A DNA stretch of 64,000 nt from Narcine bancroftii. Its lineage: Eukaryota. The stretch lies in NCBI RefSeq assembly GCF_036971445.1, contig NC_091469.1:119722001-119786000 (forward strand), read 5' to 3'. The position numbers and the translations under genes are program-made. This document shows positions 36,352-49,646 of the stretch, piece by piece (position 1 is the stretch's first letter; each line of letters opens with the position of its first letter). The notes below the pieces were generated by a model that worked only from the letters and a program-made list of their open reading frames with translations, was not told where the DNA came from and did not search any database.

Positions 36352-37935
36352 GCCATAGAAATAGAACCATAGAACAATTACAGGCCACCTTGACCCCTCT
36401 AGTCTGTGCCAAACCATTTTTTCCATAGTCCTACAGACCTGCACCCTGCCCATAGCCCTCTATACCTCTCTCACCAAGTACCTGTACGAATTCTTCTTTA
36501 TTGTTAAAACTGACCCCACATTCACCACTTCAGTTGACATTCTCACCACTCTCTGTGTGAAAATGTTTCCCCTTATGTTTCCCCTAAATTTTCCCCATTT
36601 CACCCTTAACCCATATCCTCTGGTTTGTATCTCACCTACCCTCAGTGGAAAAAGCCAATCTACATTTAATCCATCTATCCCCCCCATAATTTTAAATATC
36701 TCTATCAAATCTCCCTCATTCTTCTATGCTCGATGGAATAAAGTCTTAACCTGTTTAACCTTTCCCTGTAACTCAGTTCCTGAAGTCCGGACAAAGTCCT
36801 AGTAAATCTTCTCTGCACTCTTTCTATCTTTCCTGTAGTTAGATGACCAAAACTGCACACAATACTCCAAATTTGGCCTCACAATGTCTTATACAACTTT
36901 AAAATAACATCCCAACCCCTATACTCAATAATTTGATTTATGAAGGCCAATATGCCAAAAGCTGTCTTTACAACCAAATTCACCTGTGATGCCACTTTCA
37001 GGGAATTATGTATCTGATTTCCCAGATCCCTCTGTTCTACCGTACTCCTCAGTGCCCTACCATTTACTGTGTATGTCCTTTCTTGGTTTATCCTTCCAAG
37101 AGGCAACACCTCACACTTGTCTACATTAAACTCCACCTGCTATCTTTCAGTCCATTTTTCCAGCTGGTCCAGATCCCTCTGCAAGCTTTGAAAACCTTCT
37201 TCACAACATCTGCAAACTTGCTGATCCAATTTAAAACATTATCATCCAGATCATTGATGTAGATGACAAACATCAATGGTCCCATCACCAATCCCAGAGG
37301 CACATCACTAGTCATAGGTCTCCAATCTGCGAAGCAATCTTCCATCACTACTCTCTGGTTTCTCCTGTCCAGCCATTGTTGAATCCAGTTCAATACTTCA
37401 CCATGCATACCCAGTGTCTGAACCTTCCTGACTAACCTCCCATGCGGGACCTTGTCAAAGGCCTTACTAAAGTCCATGTGGACAACATCCACAGCCTTTC
37501 CTTCATCAACTTTCCTGGTAACATTCTTGAAAAACTCTATAAGATTGGTTAAACATAACCTACTATGCACAAAGCCATGTTGATTATCCCTTATCAGTTG
37601 CTGGCTATCCAAATAATTGTATATCTGATCTCTCAGAACTCCTTCCAATAATTTACCTATCACCGATGTCAGGCTCACTAGACTATAATTTCCAAGGTTA
37701 CTTTTGGAGCCCTTTTTAAACAATGGAACAACGTGAGCTACCCTCCAATCCTCTGGCACCTAACCTGTGGTTAAGGATATTTTAAATAGATCTGCCAGAG
37801 TGCCAGCAATTTCTACACTAGCCTCCTTCAATGTCCGGGGAATATCTTGTCAGGCCCTGGGGATTTATCCACCCTATTTGCTTTAAGACAGCAAGGACTT
37901 CCTCCTCTTTAATCTGTATAGGTTCCAAGACCTCA
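36352..37935 (-). mobile_element. CR1 LINE, 5'-truncated ~1.6 kb
   Basis: PEDWRVAHVVPLFKKG; NQHGF; DFSKAFDKVPH; YINDLD..ISKFAD; MEFNVDKCEV. Confidence 0.95.
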
Positions 37936-38119
37936 GCCAAAATCCCAGACCTATGCTTTTCCATAGCATTATGATCAGTGGACCTAAAATGTTCCCCTCA
38001 CACATACTTCAGTCACCTGTCCTGTCTCATTCAGTCTTCTATTTTTTATGGATGCTGCATGACCTGTTGAGTTTCTCAAGTAATCTGATGTACTGCTTTC
38101 TTGCTGTAGGCCAAACTTT

Positions 38120-38486
38120 AGCCCCTTTTCCACTGGCATTCCAATTAATTGGTTATGCAGTGTCCTGGGACAGGAAGTCCTTTGTGTTGTTTCCGCTAGG
38201 CCACCCTTAACAGGGACATTAATTGTTTTTCCACTGAATACACTCATCCCCAGGGTTCTACCTTCAACTGGAAATGGGTGACTTTCTGCTATCCCTTTTC
38301 CACTGGTTTTATCAACACGTCGGGATTAGCAAATGCTGGGACATGAGTAAGGGTAGACATGGTTAATCCCCAGCGTGAAATGGCATCATTTGAAACAGGC
38401 ATTTGGACAGGGTTGCTTTTCCAGTGGACCTGTCCCAGTAAATTCCCAGTTAATTCCTGGGACAGGGTGTCAATGGAAAAGGGGCT
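38120..38486. mobile_element. PIF/Harbinger-like MITE (367 bp)
   Basis: TIRs AGCCCCTTTTCCACTGGCA and TGTCAATGGAAAAGGGGCT; TTT flanks on both sides; internal TTTTCCACTG repeats. Confidence 0.75.
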
Positions 38487-38589
38487 TTTAACTCCACCAC
38501 CCTACCCAAGCAATGTGGTCTGTTCCTGTGCAATCTCGTAAACCCACCTGTTTTCTCCAGCAGTATCTCATTTCAACCATAAGAGTCGT

Positions 38590-38905
38590 AGAATCATGCA
38601 ACTCAGAAACAAGCCGCCTAGCTCAGCAAGTCCTCATACTACGTCATCCAATTTAATTCTTTCCACATTCCCCTTAAACACACCTCAGATGGTACCACTT
38701 ATTAACACACTTGGAGCGAACTACACTTATCAGTAAACTGTCCAATTTACATGAGTTTGGAATGTGGGAGAGAACTGGAGCACCTCAGGGAAATGAACAC
38801 AGTCATGGGGAGAGTGGCCAACTCCATGCAAGCAGCGAAGGAGATTAAGATAAAACCTATATCACTGAAGCTGTGAGGCAGCCATTCTACTTGCTGCACT
38901 GCACC
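38590..38905 (-). mobile_element. V-SINE-type element (old)
   Basis: GGAATGTGGGAGAGAACTGGAGCACCTCAGGGAAA, reverse V-domain-like core. Confidence 0.65.
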
Positions 38906-39377
38906 ACTGAGTGTTTCAGCAGCTTACTCTAGGAAAATAGATGGTGATTCGAATAAACAACAAAAAGGAAAGCTAACAGAGTAGGGCAGCATCTTTGATA
39001 TGGTGTATCTCTCTGTCCAAGTTCTGCTCTGTTCTACACCAAATATTTGCTATTATACATGGAGAATGGTTGGTCAAACTACAATTAAAGTGATACACAT
39101 TCAATATTGCATAAACTGTATATCACACTTGTCACCTCTCCACCAAAGGAGGATTGTGTCTCTCTGACAATCCTCCACTCACAATGGTCCAAGCAGACCC
39201 TTAAACATCAGAGAAAAGAGCTGTTTCCTTGGGTTCTACTTTTGCAATCAAATGGCAATAAACTTGACTTGATATCCATTTCCATATCTTCCAATTCCCA
39301 ATTGATGCTTTGACCTTTGTTCTTCAAAACTTCTTTCCAGTGCAATCTGAGTGACTGGCGATCTGGCTAAATTAAAT

Positions 39378-39633
39378 TATTTTTTAAAATTTAGACATAC
39401 AGGACAGTAAATGGCCATTTTGGCCCACAAATCCATGTGGTCCAATTTACACCCAATTAACCTGCACCCCCAGAATGTTTCTAATGGTGGGAGGAAACTG
39501 GAGCCTCTGGGGAAAACCCACACAGACATGGGGAGAATGTACAAACTTCTTACAGACAAAACGGGATTCGAACCCAGGTCCCAATTGCTTGCACTGTAAA
39601 AGCATCTTGCTAACCACTACGCCAACCATGCCT
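39378..39633 (-). mobile_element. V-SINE-type element
   Basis: B-box GGTTCGAATCC on the minus strand (~39565-39575) plus V-domain-like core. Confidence 0.85.
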
Positions 39634-39949
39634 CCCCATTCTAAGTGGAGGGGAAAGGCCTTTCCAAGGCAGGTTCTGTTACACACAGCTTATTGGGTCT
39701 TGCAGGATAATCATTAAATCTCTATTTTACTTCAATCAGATGGCATCACATGAATGCTGTGATATATACAGTAAATCATTTGACATTGAACTCTTAGGCA
39801 AAGATTCCTACTGCACATTCCACTTGTCACTGGCTGTAACTTGATGTAACCCATTGAGAAGATACCAGCTAGAAGTATGATTCAATATTTGCCTGAATGA
39901 GTTCCGAAACATTCAAATTCAGTGCCATTCAAGACAATGCTGACATTAA

Positions 39950-40300
39950 ATGGAGCTCACTCCTCCACCCTAAACATTCGCTCCCCTATCACTGGTTGCA
40001 TAGTGACAGTAGGTGACGCATCTAAAAAATTCAGTAACTCAACAATATTTCTTTAAAGGCACTTGTCTGGAAAGGCAATGACGGAAGGTGGAGAGGAAGG
40101 TAACTGCCTCCAAATGTCTCTGTAAGTTATGCCTCATCCTAAGTGAGGAACCCCTCTGCATCTTAATCCTGGAACTCCCTGTACAACAGCACTGGGGGGG
40201 ACTATCTTCACCCCATGTACTCCAGAGATTTTAGAAGGATAGCTTCTCAAGGACAGTTAAGGATGCACAATACTGTATAGGTTGTGCCTGCTTGGGATTC
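39950..40300 (+). mobile_element. Old CR1/L2-clade LINE 3' fragment
   Basis: Similar to 5490-5910. Confidence 0.45.
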
Positions 40301-42175
40301 ATACAGACATCAAAAAAGACAGAAAAAGCTGTTTTGGCTTGCTGAGCTTTAAAATTCACAGCAAGCAGAACAAATCACATAAAATGGTTAAGTTTCAGAA
40401 ATAAAAGGGTACAGTTTGCAGTAATTAACAGCTTACAAGGGTATTTTGACTGAAAAGGACAAGGAGCCTTTTGAGCAATTAAGTTTTTTTTGCTGTGTGA
40501 TGCAGCTTCTTCAGAGCGTTTAATGAATGGTGAGACTGAATGTGAAGTCCATTTTCCTGGAGGTAATTGTGGAATGGTGAAGCTAGGGCTCTATCTTTTG
40601 GACATTTGAATTTAACCATAGAGCTGTCCCTTGCCTCAAGCTGCAACAACACGTCCCCATAAATAACAGGGCAGCTATTGTGCCCACCAGTACCGTGACA
40701 AGAAAATGTGGCCCCAAGAAATTAATCTGGAGATCCCATATAAATAAACAATGGCAAAATATATTCGAATTTGGAGTTGTTCATATTTTAAAACCAAGTT
40801 TTAATCCAATGGTTATAGGCAGTGTATTTAAAGTATCAAAGGTTTGCAATTTAAACACATTCCCTCAGAAACCAGATGTAGTATTTGTACATTTAATCTT
40901 TTTTTTGTCAGAGATAGTAAAATACAATGGAGCGTGAAAGAACTTAATTCTTGTAAGAAAATCACCCAGCCAGCTCACTGACAAAATGTTTGAATGTTGG
41001 TAATAAGAGTGTAATTTAATGTGTTCTCTACTTGTAAGTAGACCAATGTTACGTTCGATGCATTGAATCAGCTCGAGTTTTCACTGCAGGTGTTCTGCGG
41101 TAAAAGTCGCATCAACTAGAATAAAAAGAGCTTTGTCCTAAACTGAGTCTGCTGCCTGCTTAAGATGCAGCAAATCAAGGCATATTAAAAACTATCAAAT
41201 GATGCCATAATTACAACCTTCTAAACTTCTTGAAGAAAGAGGCATTTTGCTCAACCTACTCTGTGACCACTACACCTGTATAATGATTTTCTTCAGTTAT
41301 TGGGCTTTTTATTTCTGGCAGCTTTTACTTCATGTCCAGTCTAGAGAGATTTTTTTTTATTGCAAATGCCCAGAATCTGTGAGCCACACTTTGAGCTAAA
41401 TGTATCTCTGACATACCCATTTGAATTTCCATTGACAGAACTGAACACTGAATAAAATCAACCTTCATCCTCTTCATAACAATGGGAGATCATCCTAATT
41501 ATTGATGCCATACATCACTCAGATTTTAATCTGTGGAAGTTTCAGCCTTCTCATACATTTGTGCCATCAATAGTTCATTAAAAAGCTATTTAGATTTACC
41601 ATTATCAGTAGCAGCACTCTCAGTTGTAAGATTAGTAATGGCGCATTTTTTTTTAAATGTAGTCCCCTTCAGATGTCCAGAATTAAGTTTTTTTAATTGA
41701 TTTTAAACCCCTCATTTGATCAGATATACCCCTAGAGAAAAAGGGATAGCTATTTCAGATAATTGTATGTAACTTTAATTATGCTGCATCTATAGGCTTC
41801 CAGATGTATAGTTAATTGAAAGATAAGGCTTGAAATATTCAATAATCACACTCTTAATTTAGATTTTACAGCTCCAATCTTATATTACTTCAGTTCTGAT
41901 GAAAGGTCTTCAATCAGAAGCATTATTTTTGTTTGTTTTTAAAAAAAACACAGATCCCACTTGACCTCCAACACATTCTGTTTTTGTCTCAGATTTCTGC
42001 TTTTTTTTGTTATTTTTGCTTCTTTTGCCTGTGAATGAACTAAATGTCCACTGGAAAAAAATACAAGATCCAAACGGGCAAGAAAACGACTGATTCCACC
42101 TGCATTGAATTCGTCCATCGTTATTGAATGAAGATCTACCGGGACCAATGCCTGAAGAGGGCGCACAAAATCAGG

Positions 42176-42248
42176 GAACCGGAGCGGACTCGAAAGGCCA
42201 ACATGGCCTGTTTCCGCTCTGTAAATGGTTATATGGTTATGGTTATGG
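42176..42248 (+). mobile_element. ~73-bp CR1-type 3'-end insert inside a Rex1-like fragment (~42105-42345)
   Basis: Reverse complement of 23492-23565. Confidence 0.8.
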
Positions 42249-43229
42249 AAAGGGCTCCATCTTATCCCCTGCATAAACCCTATGTATCTTGCAGTAACTC
42301 TGCACCACACCCTCTCTCCTAAAGGCCCTATAGAGAAGACAAAACATCGGTACTTGAAACAATGTTAATTGAAAGTCCTCTAATTGTAAATGCGAGGAAG
42401 CACACACACATTATAACTCCCATGCTCCAGTGCCAATCCAGATGCCTGGTTTTGGAATGCTTTGCTTAAAGAAAACTAGCAACCTGATGCTGAATGACAG
42501 CTGCGCCATCATCACTGGCAACTCTCAGCCAATCTACAGACTGGACATACTCGAGTCATCCAAGGGACTCATACAGACAAGAATTGCCAGTTGGTAGCAA
42601 GAATATGCCAATCCACTGTTGTGGCATTGCAGCATCAGTTTGTTAAGATGAATTTGTGTAAGTTAAAGAGAAAACAAAGGAAGGGAAGATGGCCAAATAT
42701 CCATTCTCTTTGCTGCCTGGTCGTATTCCCCCATCTTTGTCAATGACCATCTCAAGCACTTATACTAATGCAGTGCAAGTGACAAGAAGAAAGTGATGCT
42801 CCAGATGAAAGATCAATCATGATCTTGTTTTACACACAATTGGATTGTGTCAGTCTGCAGTATAACAGGACCTCTTCCTCATCTGTTGCTTGGGTGTGTA
42901 TTCCTTCTGCAAAAGTTTAGGGAGAGCCACAGAGTCATGTAGCATAGAAACAGCCCCATCTTTTGCACCAACCATTCTCAACCTTTTTTCAGCTCTGCCC
43001 CTCACCTGGGTCTCTGTTCAAAGTTTATTGGCCCCCTTTCCTTAAGTTGTGGTTTCACCAGTACTTCTTCCCTGCTGACAATGCAAAAAAAAAGATTAAA
43101 TAAATTATGTTGCATGAGGTGAATGTGCTGTGACTCCTGGGGTGCAGGTCCCCCCCCCCCTCCCCGTTGAGAATGGCTAGTTTACATCAATTGCACTTTA
43201 TGCCTTCACAGCCTCATTAACTCTTGCTT

Positions 43230-43465
43230 GATTCTACCTCTCACCTACATACTCGGGCCACTTTACATTTAAATTGGCCTGTCAATTAAGCTACTAACCC
43301 AATCAACTTTGGGATGTTGGAGGAATACATAGCATCGAGATGAAACCCATGTGTTCATAGGGAGGATTTGGCAACTCCACGTGCATATCTCTGGAGGTCA
43401 GGATTGAACCTCGGGTCCCTTGAGCTGTGAGAGAGCAACTCTTCCAGCTTCTCCACTGTGCCCAG
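43230..43465 (-). mobile_element. V-SINE-type element (old)
   Basis: GAGGTCAGGATTGAACCTCGGGTCCCTTGAGCTGTGAG, reverse tRNA-like head. Confidence 0.65.
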
Positions 43466-44148
43466 TTTGAGGATGAATCGTGCAGCACTGCATCATCTGC
43501 ATGCTGAGGTGAAGACGAGGGACATACAGTCAAGAACAGAGCCCGTTCTGAAAGCAGTAACAGGGGTCATGATTGTGAGAAGGAAGGAAGTGAAATTAAT
43601 TGTCCATTGTGATTGCTTGAGGCACGAAATAATCACCCCAGATGAAATTGAGTTGTTCCATCATTAAAGATTGTGATTGTTTCACCTATGTCACAATTTC
43701 TAAGTGGCTTCATTAATAATAGATTTATCCAAACAATGAAGTAAAAAGGAACAGCATTTTACATATAGAACCTTTCCTAAGATGATCAGAAAAACATAAA
43801 GGGTTGATGTATTTGGGTGGCACTGGCTCATAGCTGAAAGATCTAAATTCAATTCAATTACAATAGGAAAGATGTAGGGCACTTGATCCCTTATCCAGCC
43901 CTGAGATTTAATATGTGCATGGATGATCTGCACCAGGCCTAAACTCCCTCTTTACTGTGCCAGTTCTTTATGTCCCTCAATTCTCTGATACCTCCAAAAT
44001 TTTATCTATTTCCTCCTTAAATACCTCCAATGACCCAATCTCCATAACACGCTGAGACAGAGAATTCCAGAGATTTATAACTTCTGGAAGAAGAACTTAC
44101 TCTGCATGCCAGTTTTATATGGCCATCCCCTAATTTTATGACAATGTT

Positions 44149-44791
44149 AGACGTAAAACACAAAAGTCTACAGATACCGTGGTTGAAATAAAAGTGCAAT
44201 GCTGGAAAAGAGTGGAACATGACAGGCTGCAGGCGTTGCGATTGTAGTAAACATACCAAAATGCTGGAGGAGCTCAGCTGGTCTTTTCAGCATCCATAGG
44301 AGACAAAGATATATTGCCAACGTTTTGGGTCTGAGTCCTTCTTCAAGGGAAAGGGGGAGGAGGGGTGACTAGGGGAAAAGTGAGGGAAGGAGGTGGAGAG
44401 CTGATGGAAAGAAGGCAGGGGGAAGGGAAGGGAGGAGGGGAAAGGGAGAGCAGGTTAGCATAAATTGAAAAGGTAAATCTGCTCTCCCCTTCCCTTCTCT
44501 TTGTCTTCTTTCCCTCAGCTCTCCACCCCTTCCCTCTTTATTCACCTAGTCATCCCTCCTCCCCTTGTTGCTGCTGTACCCTCCCTCCCTTCTCCACTTA
44601 TTACCTCCTTTCTTTGCTATCATTTTCATCCCTTTATGCCTACCCACTTTCTTTGTTATTTGGATGCCTGTCGAAATTTTTCAATACCTCGATGAAGGGC
44701 TCAAGCCCGAAACATCGGTTATGTATTTTTACCTTTGTTATATAAAGGACACTGTTTGACCTGATGAATTTCTCCAGCATTGTCTTTTTAC
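44149..44791. mobile_element. Composite inverted Penelope pLTR insertion
   Basis: Minus-oriented pLTR pieces (44149-44470) abut a plus-oriented pLTR (44475-44791); exact 14-bp TSD TTTATGACAATGTT (44135-44148 and 44792-44805). Confidence 0.85.
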
Positions 44792-44898
44792 TTTATGACA
44801 ATGTTCTCCCACTAATGGAAACATCTACCCTGTCGTGACCCCTAAGTATGTTTCCATAAGATCATCGCTCATTCTTCTGAACTCCAAAAAATATAGAC

Positions 44899-45300
44899 TG
44901 TGGTGGCCTGCCTCCGCGGTGATCGAGTTGATGCTCTGGATGGTGAGCGCAACCAAAGGCCAGCAGCCCATGCAGTAGCACTGGCCCCAGCAAGCAAACC
45001 GATGGGGTGAACAGTAAGGGCAGCTTAAAGACCAGCAACCCCAAAATTATGTTGGCCTTGCTGTGCAGCCAACAGACAGGGACAGCACGTGGGGAAGAAG
45101 GGCATTGTTATGCAGGAAAGTACCTGCGCATGGGAAACCCGTTTTTGTTATGCATACTGTGACATCAACCAAGGGAGGGGGGGGGGGGCACAGCAGGAAC
45201 AGTGCAAGTATAAAAGTTGGGCCTGAGGCCTGATAAAACTCAGAGCTTAACCTGACTACATTACATGTGTGTGTCTTCTTTCGAGTAGCGTGTGGCTACA
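44899..45300 (+). mobile_element. Solo LTR (402 bp)
   Basis: TGT...ACA termini; exact 4-bp TSD AGAC (44895-44898 and 45301-45304); TATAAAA near 45210. Confidence 0.85.
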
Positions 45301-45768
45301 AGACCTAAATTCTTTATCCACTCATTAAAGAGCAACCCTCTAATCCCAGGAATTAGCCTAGTGAATCTTTTAAAATTGCTTCCTTTGCCACTATTTCTTT
45401 CAGATAAGGGGACCAAAACTGCACCCGGCCGTCCATTTGTGGCCTCACCAGTAATGTGTAATTGTAACAATATTTCCCAATTTCTAAACTCCAACATTTT
45501 AGCAGTAAAGGTCAATTTATCCTCTTGCCTTCCTAACTAGTTGATTGTGATATGTGCTGTGTACCCTGTGTACTTTTTTCAGATAACATTCTTCTTTAGA
45601 TTCCTCTTACACAATCATACTCTATCCCACAATAAATTCCTCTGTGAAGTGTTCACACACTTACTCAACCTATGTACATTGATCTGCAGATTTGTAACAT
45701 CCTCCTTGTGTCATGCCCTCCAACCCATAGAACCACAGCAACGGATCCCTTTCGGTCATTTAGTCTGT

Positions 45769-46096
45769 CTCTTTGGCTTGGCTTCGCGGACGAAGATTTA
45801 TGGAGGGGGTAAAAGTCCACGTCAGCTGCAGGCTCGATTGTGGCTGACAAGTCCGATGCGGGACAGGCAGACACGGTTGCAGCGGTTGCAGGGGAAAATT
45901 GGTTGGTTGGGGTTGGGTGTTGGGTTTTTCCTCCTTTGTCTTTTGTCAGTGAGGTGGGCTCTGTGGTCTTCTTAAAAGGAGGTTGCTGCCCGCCGAACTG
46001 TGAGGCGCCAAGATGCACGGTTTGAGGCAATATCAGCCCACTGGCGGTGGTCAATGTGGCAGGCACCAAGAGATTTCTTTAGGCAGTCCTTGTACC
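45769..46096 (-). mobile_element. Young RTE LINE 3' fragment (copy C) inside a CR1 tail
   Basis: Near-identical to copies A and B. Confidence 0.95.
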
Positions 46097-46181
46097 ATTA
46101 TTCTGCCTAATCCCATTGACTGCACCTGGACCATAGCCCTCCATACCTCTCCCATCCATGTCCCTGTCCAAATATTTCTTT

Positions 46182-46433
46182 GGGCAGCACACTTAGTTTA
46201 GCGGTTAGCGCAACATCATTACAGTGCCAGAAATCGGGACAGGAGTGGGTTTGAATCTTGCACTGTCTTCAAGAAGTTTGTACGTTCTCCTCATGTCTGC
46301 GTGGGTTTTCCCCAGTGCTCCGGTTTCCTCCCAACATTCAAAACATACCATGGTTGTAGGTCAATTAGGTATAATTGGGCAACACAGGCTCTTGGGCTGA
46401 AAAGACCTGTCACCATGCTGTATGTCTAAATTA
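46182..46433 (+). mobile_element. V-SINE-type element nested in CR1 (45724-46735, minus)
   Basis: tRNA-like head GGGCAGCAC...TAGCGGTTAGC...GGTTTGAATC and V-domain-like core GTTCTCCTCATGTCTGCGTGGGTTTTCCC. Confidence 0.85.
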
Positions 46434-46759
46434 AATGTTAAAATCAAGATCACATTCACCACTTGAGCTGGCAATTCATTCCATACTCTGTGTGAAGTAG
46501 TTCCCCTAAACATCTCATCTATTTTCCTTAACCCATGACCTCTTGTGCTTGTCTCTCTTTACATCAGTGGAAAAAGCTGTATCTATATCTCTCTAAATTT
46601 TATAGACTTCTATCAAGTCTCTTGCATTCTTCTACATTCCAGGGAATGTAGCCTAATCTGTTTAACCTTACCCTGCAACTCATTTCCTCAAGTCCCTGCA
46701 ACATCCTTTTAAATCTCCTCTGCACTCCTTCATTTTTGTGTCATCGGCAACTTGTATGC

Positions 46760-47170
46760 CCACTAGTGTCTGGTGGAATTCCACAGGAATCTGTTCTGGG
46801 ACCCCTTCTCTTTGTGATTTTTTATCAATGACTTAGATGAAGAAATGGAAGAAGGATGGGTCAGTAAGTTTGCAGATTATATGAAGGTTGGAGGAGCAGA
46901 GGATAATGTTGAGCATTGTTGTGGGTTACAAATAAATATAGATATAGAGAGAATGAAGAATTGCATGGAAAAATGGCAGATAGAGATTGATCCAGATAAA
47001 TATGAGGTGATACTTTTTGGAAGATCAAACCTGAGGGCTAAATATAGGGGTAATAGTTGAATGCTTAACATTGTGGAAGCAAAGAGGGACCTTGGGATCC
47101 AAATCCATATATCTCTCAATTTTTGCTGAGCAAGTTGAGAGGATAGTTAAAAAGGGCTATGGGTATTATT
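46760..47170 (+). mobile_element. CR1 RT fragment
   Basis: PQ.SVLGPLLFVIFINDLDE..WVSKFAD. Confidence 0.8.
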
Positions 47171-47289
47171 ATTAAGTAACTCAAATGAGATTTTTTACTT
47201 CTTTTTCTGAGGGATCAGGAAAACTGGCATGGGTGAAAATAGAGTTGGATAAAATAGGAGAGAAAATAGCTACTTTCTACACTTAAGAT

Positions 47290-48140
47290 CCTTCCTTTTT
47301 TATTTTTTGCTTAATAAGTCACAATAATTCAAAACTCTTTGCTTTACATACATAAATTCATATGTACAGTGACATTTTCCATTTTCTCCCCATCCCTCTT
47401 CCCTCCCATCCACCCAAAATTAACCCCAAATAATAAAAAAAATGTGTCATCAGGTAATTATTTAAATTTTATTGACTGAATAAATAATATTATATATAAA
47501 ATTATATTTGCAACATACATTTTACTATCCCTTTAAGATCTGGAGATTTAAATCTGGTGATCCACAATGAAATTTATATATGGTTCCCAGATTTTCTTTT
47601 AATTGTCCAAAATTGTCTCTTAAATTATAAGTAATTTTTTCTAATGGAATACAGCTCTCTATTTCTATAGACCAGCGCTGTATTTTCAAAGATGCTTCCA
47701 TTTTCCAAGTTGTTGCTATGCATTTTTTTGCTGTTGCTAAAGCAATCATAATAAATTGTTTTTGAGATCGATCCAATTTTAACTGTAAGTCTTTATCATT
47801 TATATTACTTAATAGAAAAATTTTTTGGATCTTTAGGTATTTTATTTTTTGTTATTTGATTTAATATTAGATTCAATACATCCCTGAAAAATTTTACTTT
47901 CTCACATGTCCAAGTTGAATGCCGTATTGTATTGATTTCTTGTTTACAATGGAAGCATTTATCTGATAATGTGGGATTACATTCTTTTAACTTTTGAGAT
48001 GTAATTTATAATCGATGTAACAAATTGTTGTGTTGTATCATATGATCCCGAGTTTTTACTGTATTTATCACAATACCATTACATAGTTCAGACCAAGTTT
48101 TGTTTTTATCTGTTGTTTTGATTTGTACATTTCTTGTACA
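47290..48140 (-). mobile_element. L1/Tx1 LINE 3' end
   Basis: FIMIALATAKKCIATTWK...CIPLEKITYNLRDN; CFHC zinc-knuckle remnant. Confidence 0.8.
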
Positions 48141-48149
48141 GTAAAGATC

Positions 48150-49180
48150 CTTCCTGAGGTAAAAGTGGGGCCCTGCAATGACCCCACTTGAAGGGAATGA
48201 GGTGGAAGGGCTACTTCGACTGGGAAGCGATCTCAAATTTATATCTAGAATCTACTCTGTACTTCAAAGTGAGAGCTCAAAACCAGGCCTGCAAAGATTG
48301 AGGGAGAGGTGGGAGTTGGACTTGGGAATAAAAATCAATGAAGAGTATTGGTCAGTTTTAAGTAGGGAAAGTGTAACATTGGTGATCCACACCAGACCAA
48401 GATTGGTACAATATAATTTCTTGCACCAATTATATCTCACACCACAAAAATTACATAAAGGAAAACCAGATATATCAGAAATGTGCTTCAGGTGTGGGTT
48501 AGAAATTGGTACCTTTATGCACTCCACATTATCCTGCACGAAGGTGAGACCATTTTGGTTGGAATTATCTAATATATTAGCTAGGATTATGGGAACAGAC
48601 TTCCCGCTGGATCCGGGGCTGTATTTATTGGGAAACCTCGAGGACATGGGAGATCATTAACTAAATTCCAAATTAAATTTGTAGATATTGGCTTGTCAGT
48701 CTGACTCCCCCCCTGCTCATCACTCGATGCACTGCAGAGATGCACAACTGTGTGCCCATGGAGAAAATGACATATAATCTAAGAAATAATTACAATATTT
48801 TTGCCAAAATGTGGCATCCATAACTAGAGCACTTTGGTGTGCAGCTGTAACACAGCCCACAGTTCTAAAAAGCGAACAAAATGCATAAAGACAACTGCAG
48901 TGAAGCACCTCAAAGAGTCGAAATCGATTAGAAAGACTGGCTGAATTTTTCTTTTCTTTTTCTTTCTACCATTTTTCTGTTTGTTACTTTAATTGCTTTA
49001 GTTGTTTAATTTTCAAAGTTTTGGTGGGAGGGAAGAAAATTGTAAGTAAGCTGACATAGTGTTTGTATCTGAGAATTTAATTATACCTAAAGAAAGTGCA
49101 AATATGTTAAAAAGAATTGTTCATTCAGAATTTTAAAAATTAAAAATTTAAATTTAAAAATAAAATTTTCCAAAAAAAAA
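48150..49180 (+). mobile_element. L1/Tx1 LINE 3' end with poly(A)
   Basis: QYNFLHQLYLTPQKL..MCFRC..EIGTFMH...C (CCHC); A-rich tail to 49180. Confidence 0.85.
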
Positions 49181-49190
49181 CTATTGGGTG

Positions 49191-49321
49191 CAGTGGTTCT
49201 CAACTTTCCCTTCCCACTCATACACCACCTTTAGCAATCCCTCATGAATTATAGAGCACTTCTGGTATAAGGATTGCTGAAGGTGGAATGTGAGTTTAGT
49301 GGGGCAGTTTGAAAACCACTA
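49191..49321. mobile_element. hAT-Charlie-like palindromic MITE (~130 bp)
   Basis: TIRs CAGTGGTTCTCAA and TTGAAAACCACT; internal inverted arms; no intact TSD. Confidence 0.7.
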
Positions 49322-49379
49322 GTCTATGTCAACCAAGAAGCTGATCCCATTCGCCTCCATTTGGCCCATATCCCTCTAA

Positions 49380-49646
49380 ATAAATAAAAGAACGGATAAA
49401 TCCATCCTAAAATATCTGGTAAAAATCTGGAAGGAAATTAATTATTGCATTGGGGAAGAGATTGTAATATTGCCAAAAGTACCCTTAAAACTCAATGAAC
49501 TGATGCATATAAATTTAAATAACAAAATTCTAGATATTTGGCACCAAAAGGGGATCCAAACTATTGAAGACTGGTATGAGAATAGGTAGATCATGTCCTT
49601 CGAACAGGTGAAGGATAAATATGATTTGCCTAATGGAACCTTTCGC
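49380..49646 (+). mobile_element. Internal L1/Tx1 ORF2 fragment inside a CR1 tail
   Basis: ILKYLVKIWKE...WHQKGIQTIEDWYE...SFEQVKDKYDLPNGTF. Confidence 0.7.

Larger units (their letters stand above)
43850..45720 (-). mobile_element. CR1/L2-clade LINE 3' part hosting Penelope and LTR insertions
   Basis: MLEFRNWEILLQL...KRFTRLIPGIRGL; collinear across both inserts. Confidence 0.7.
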
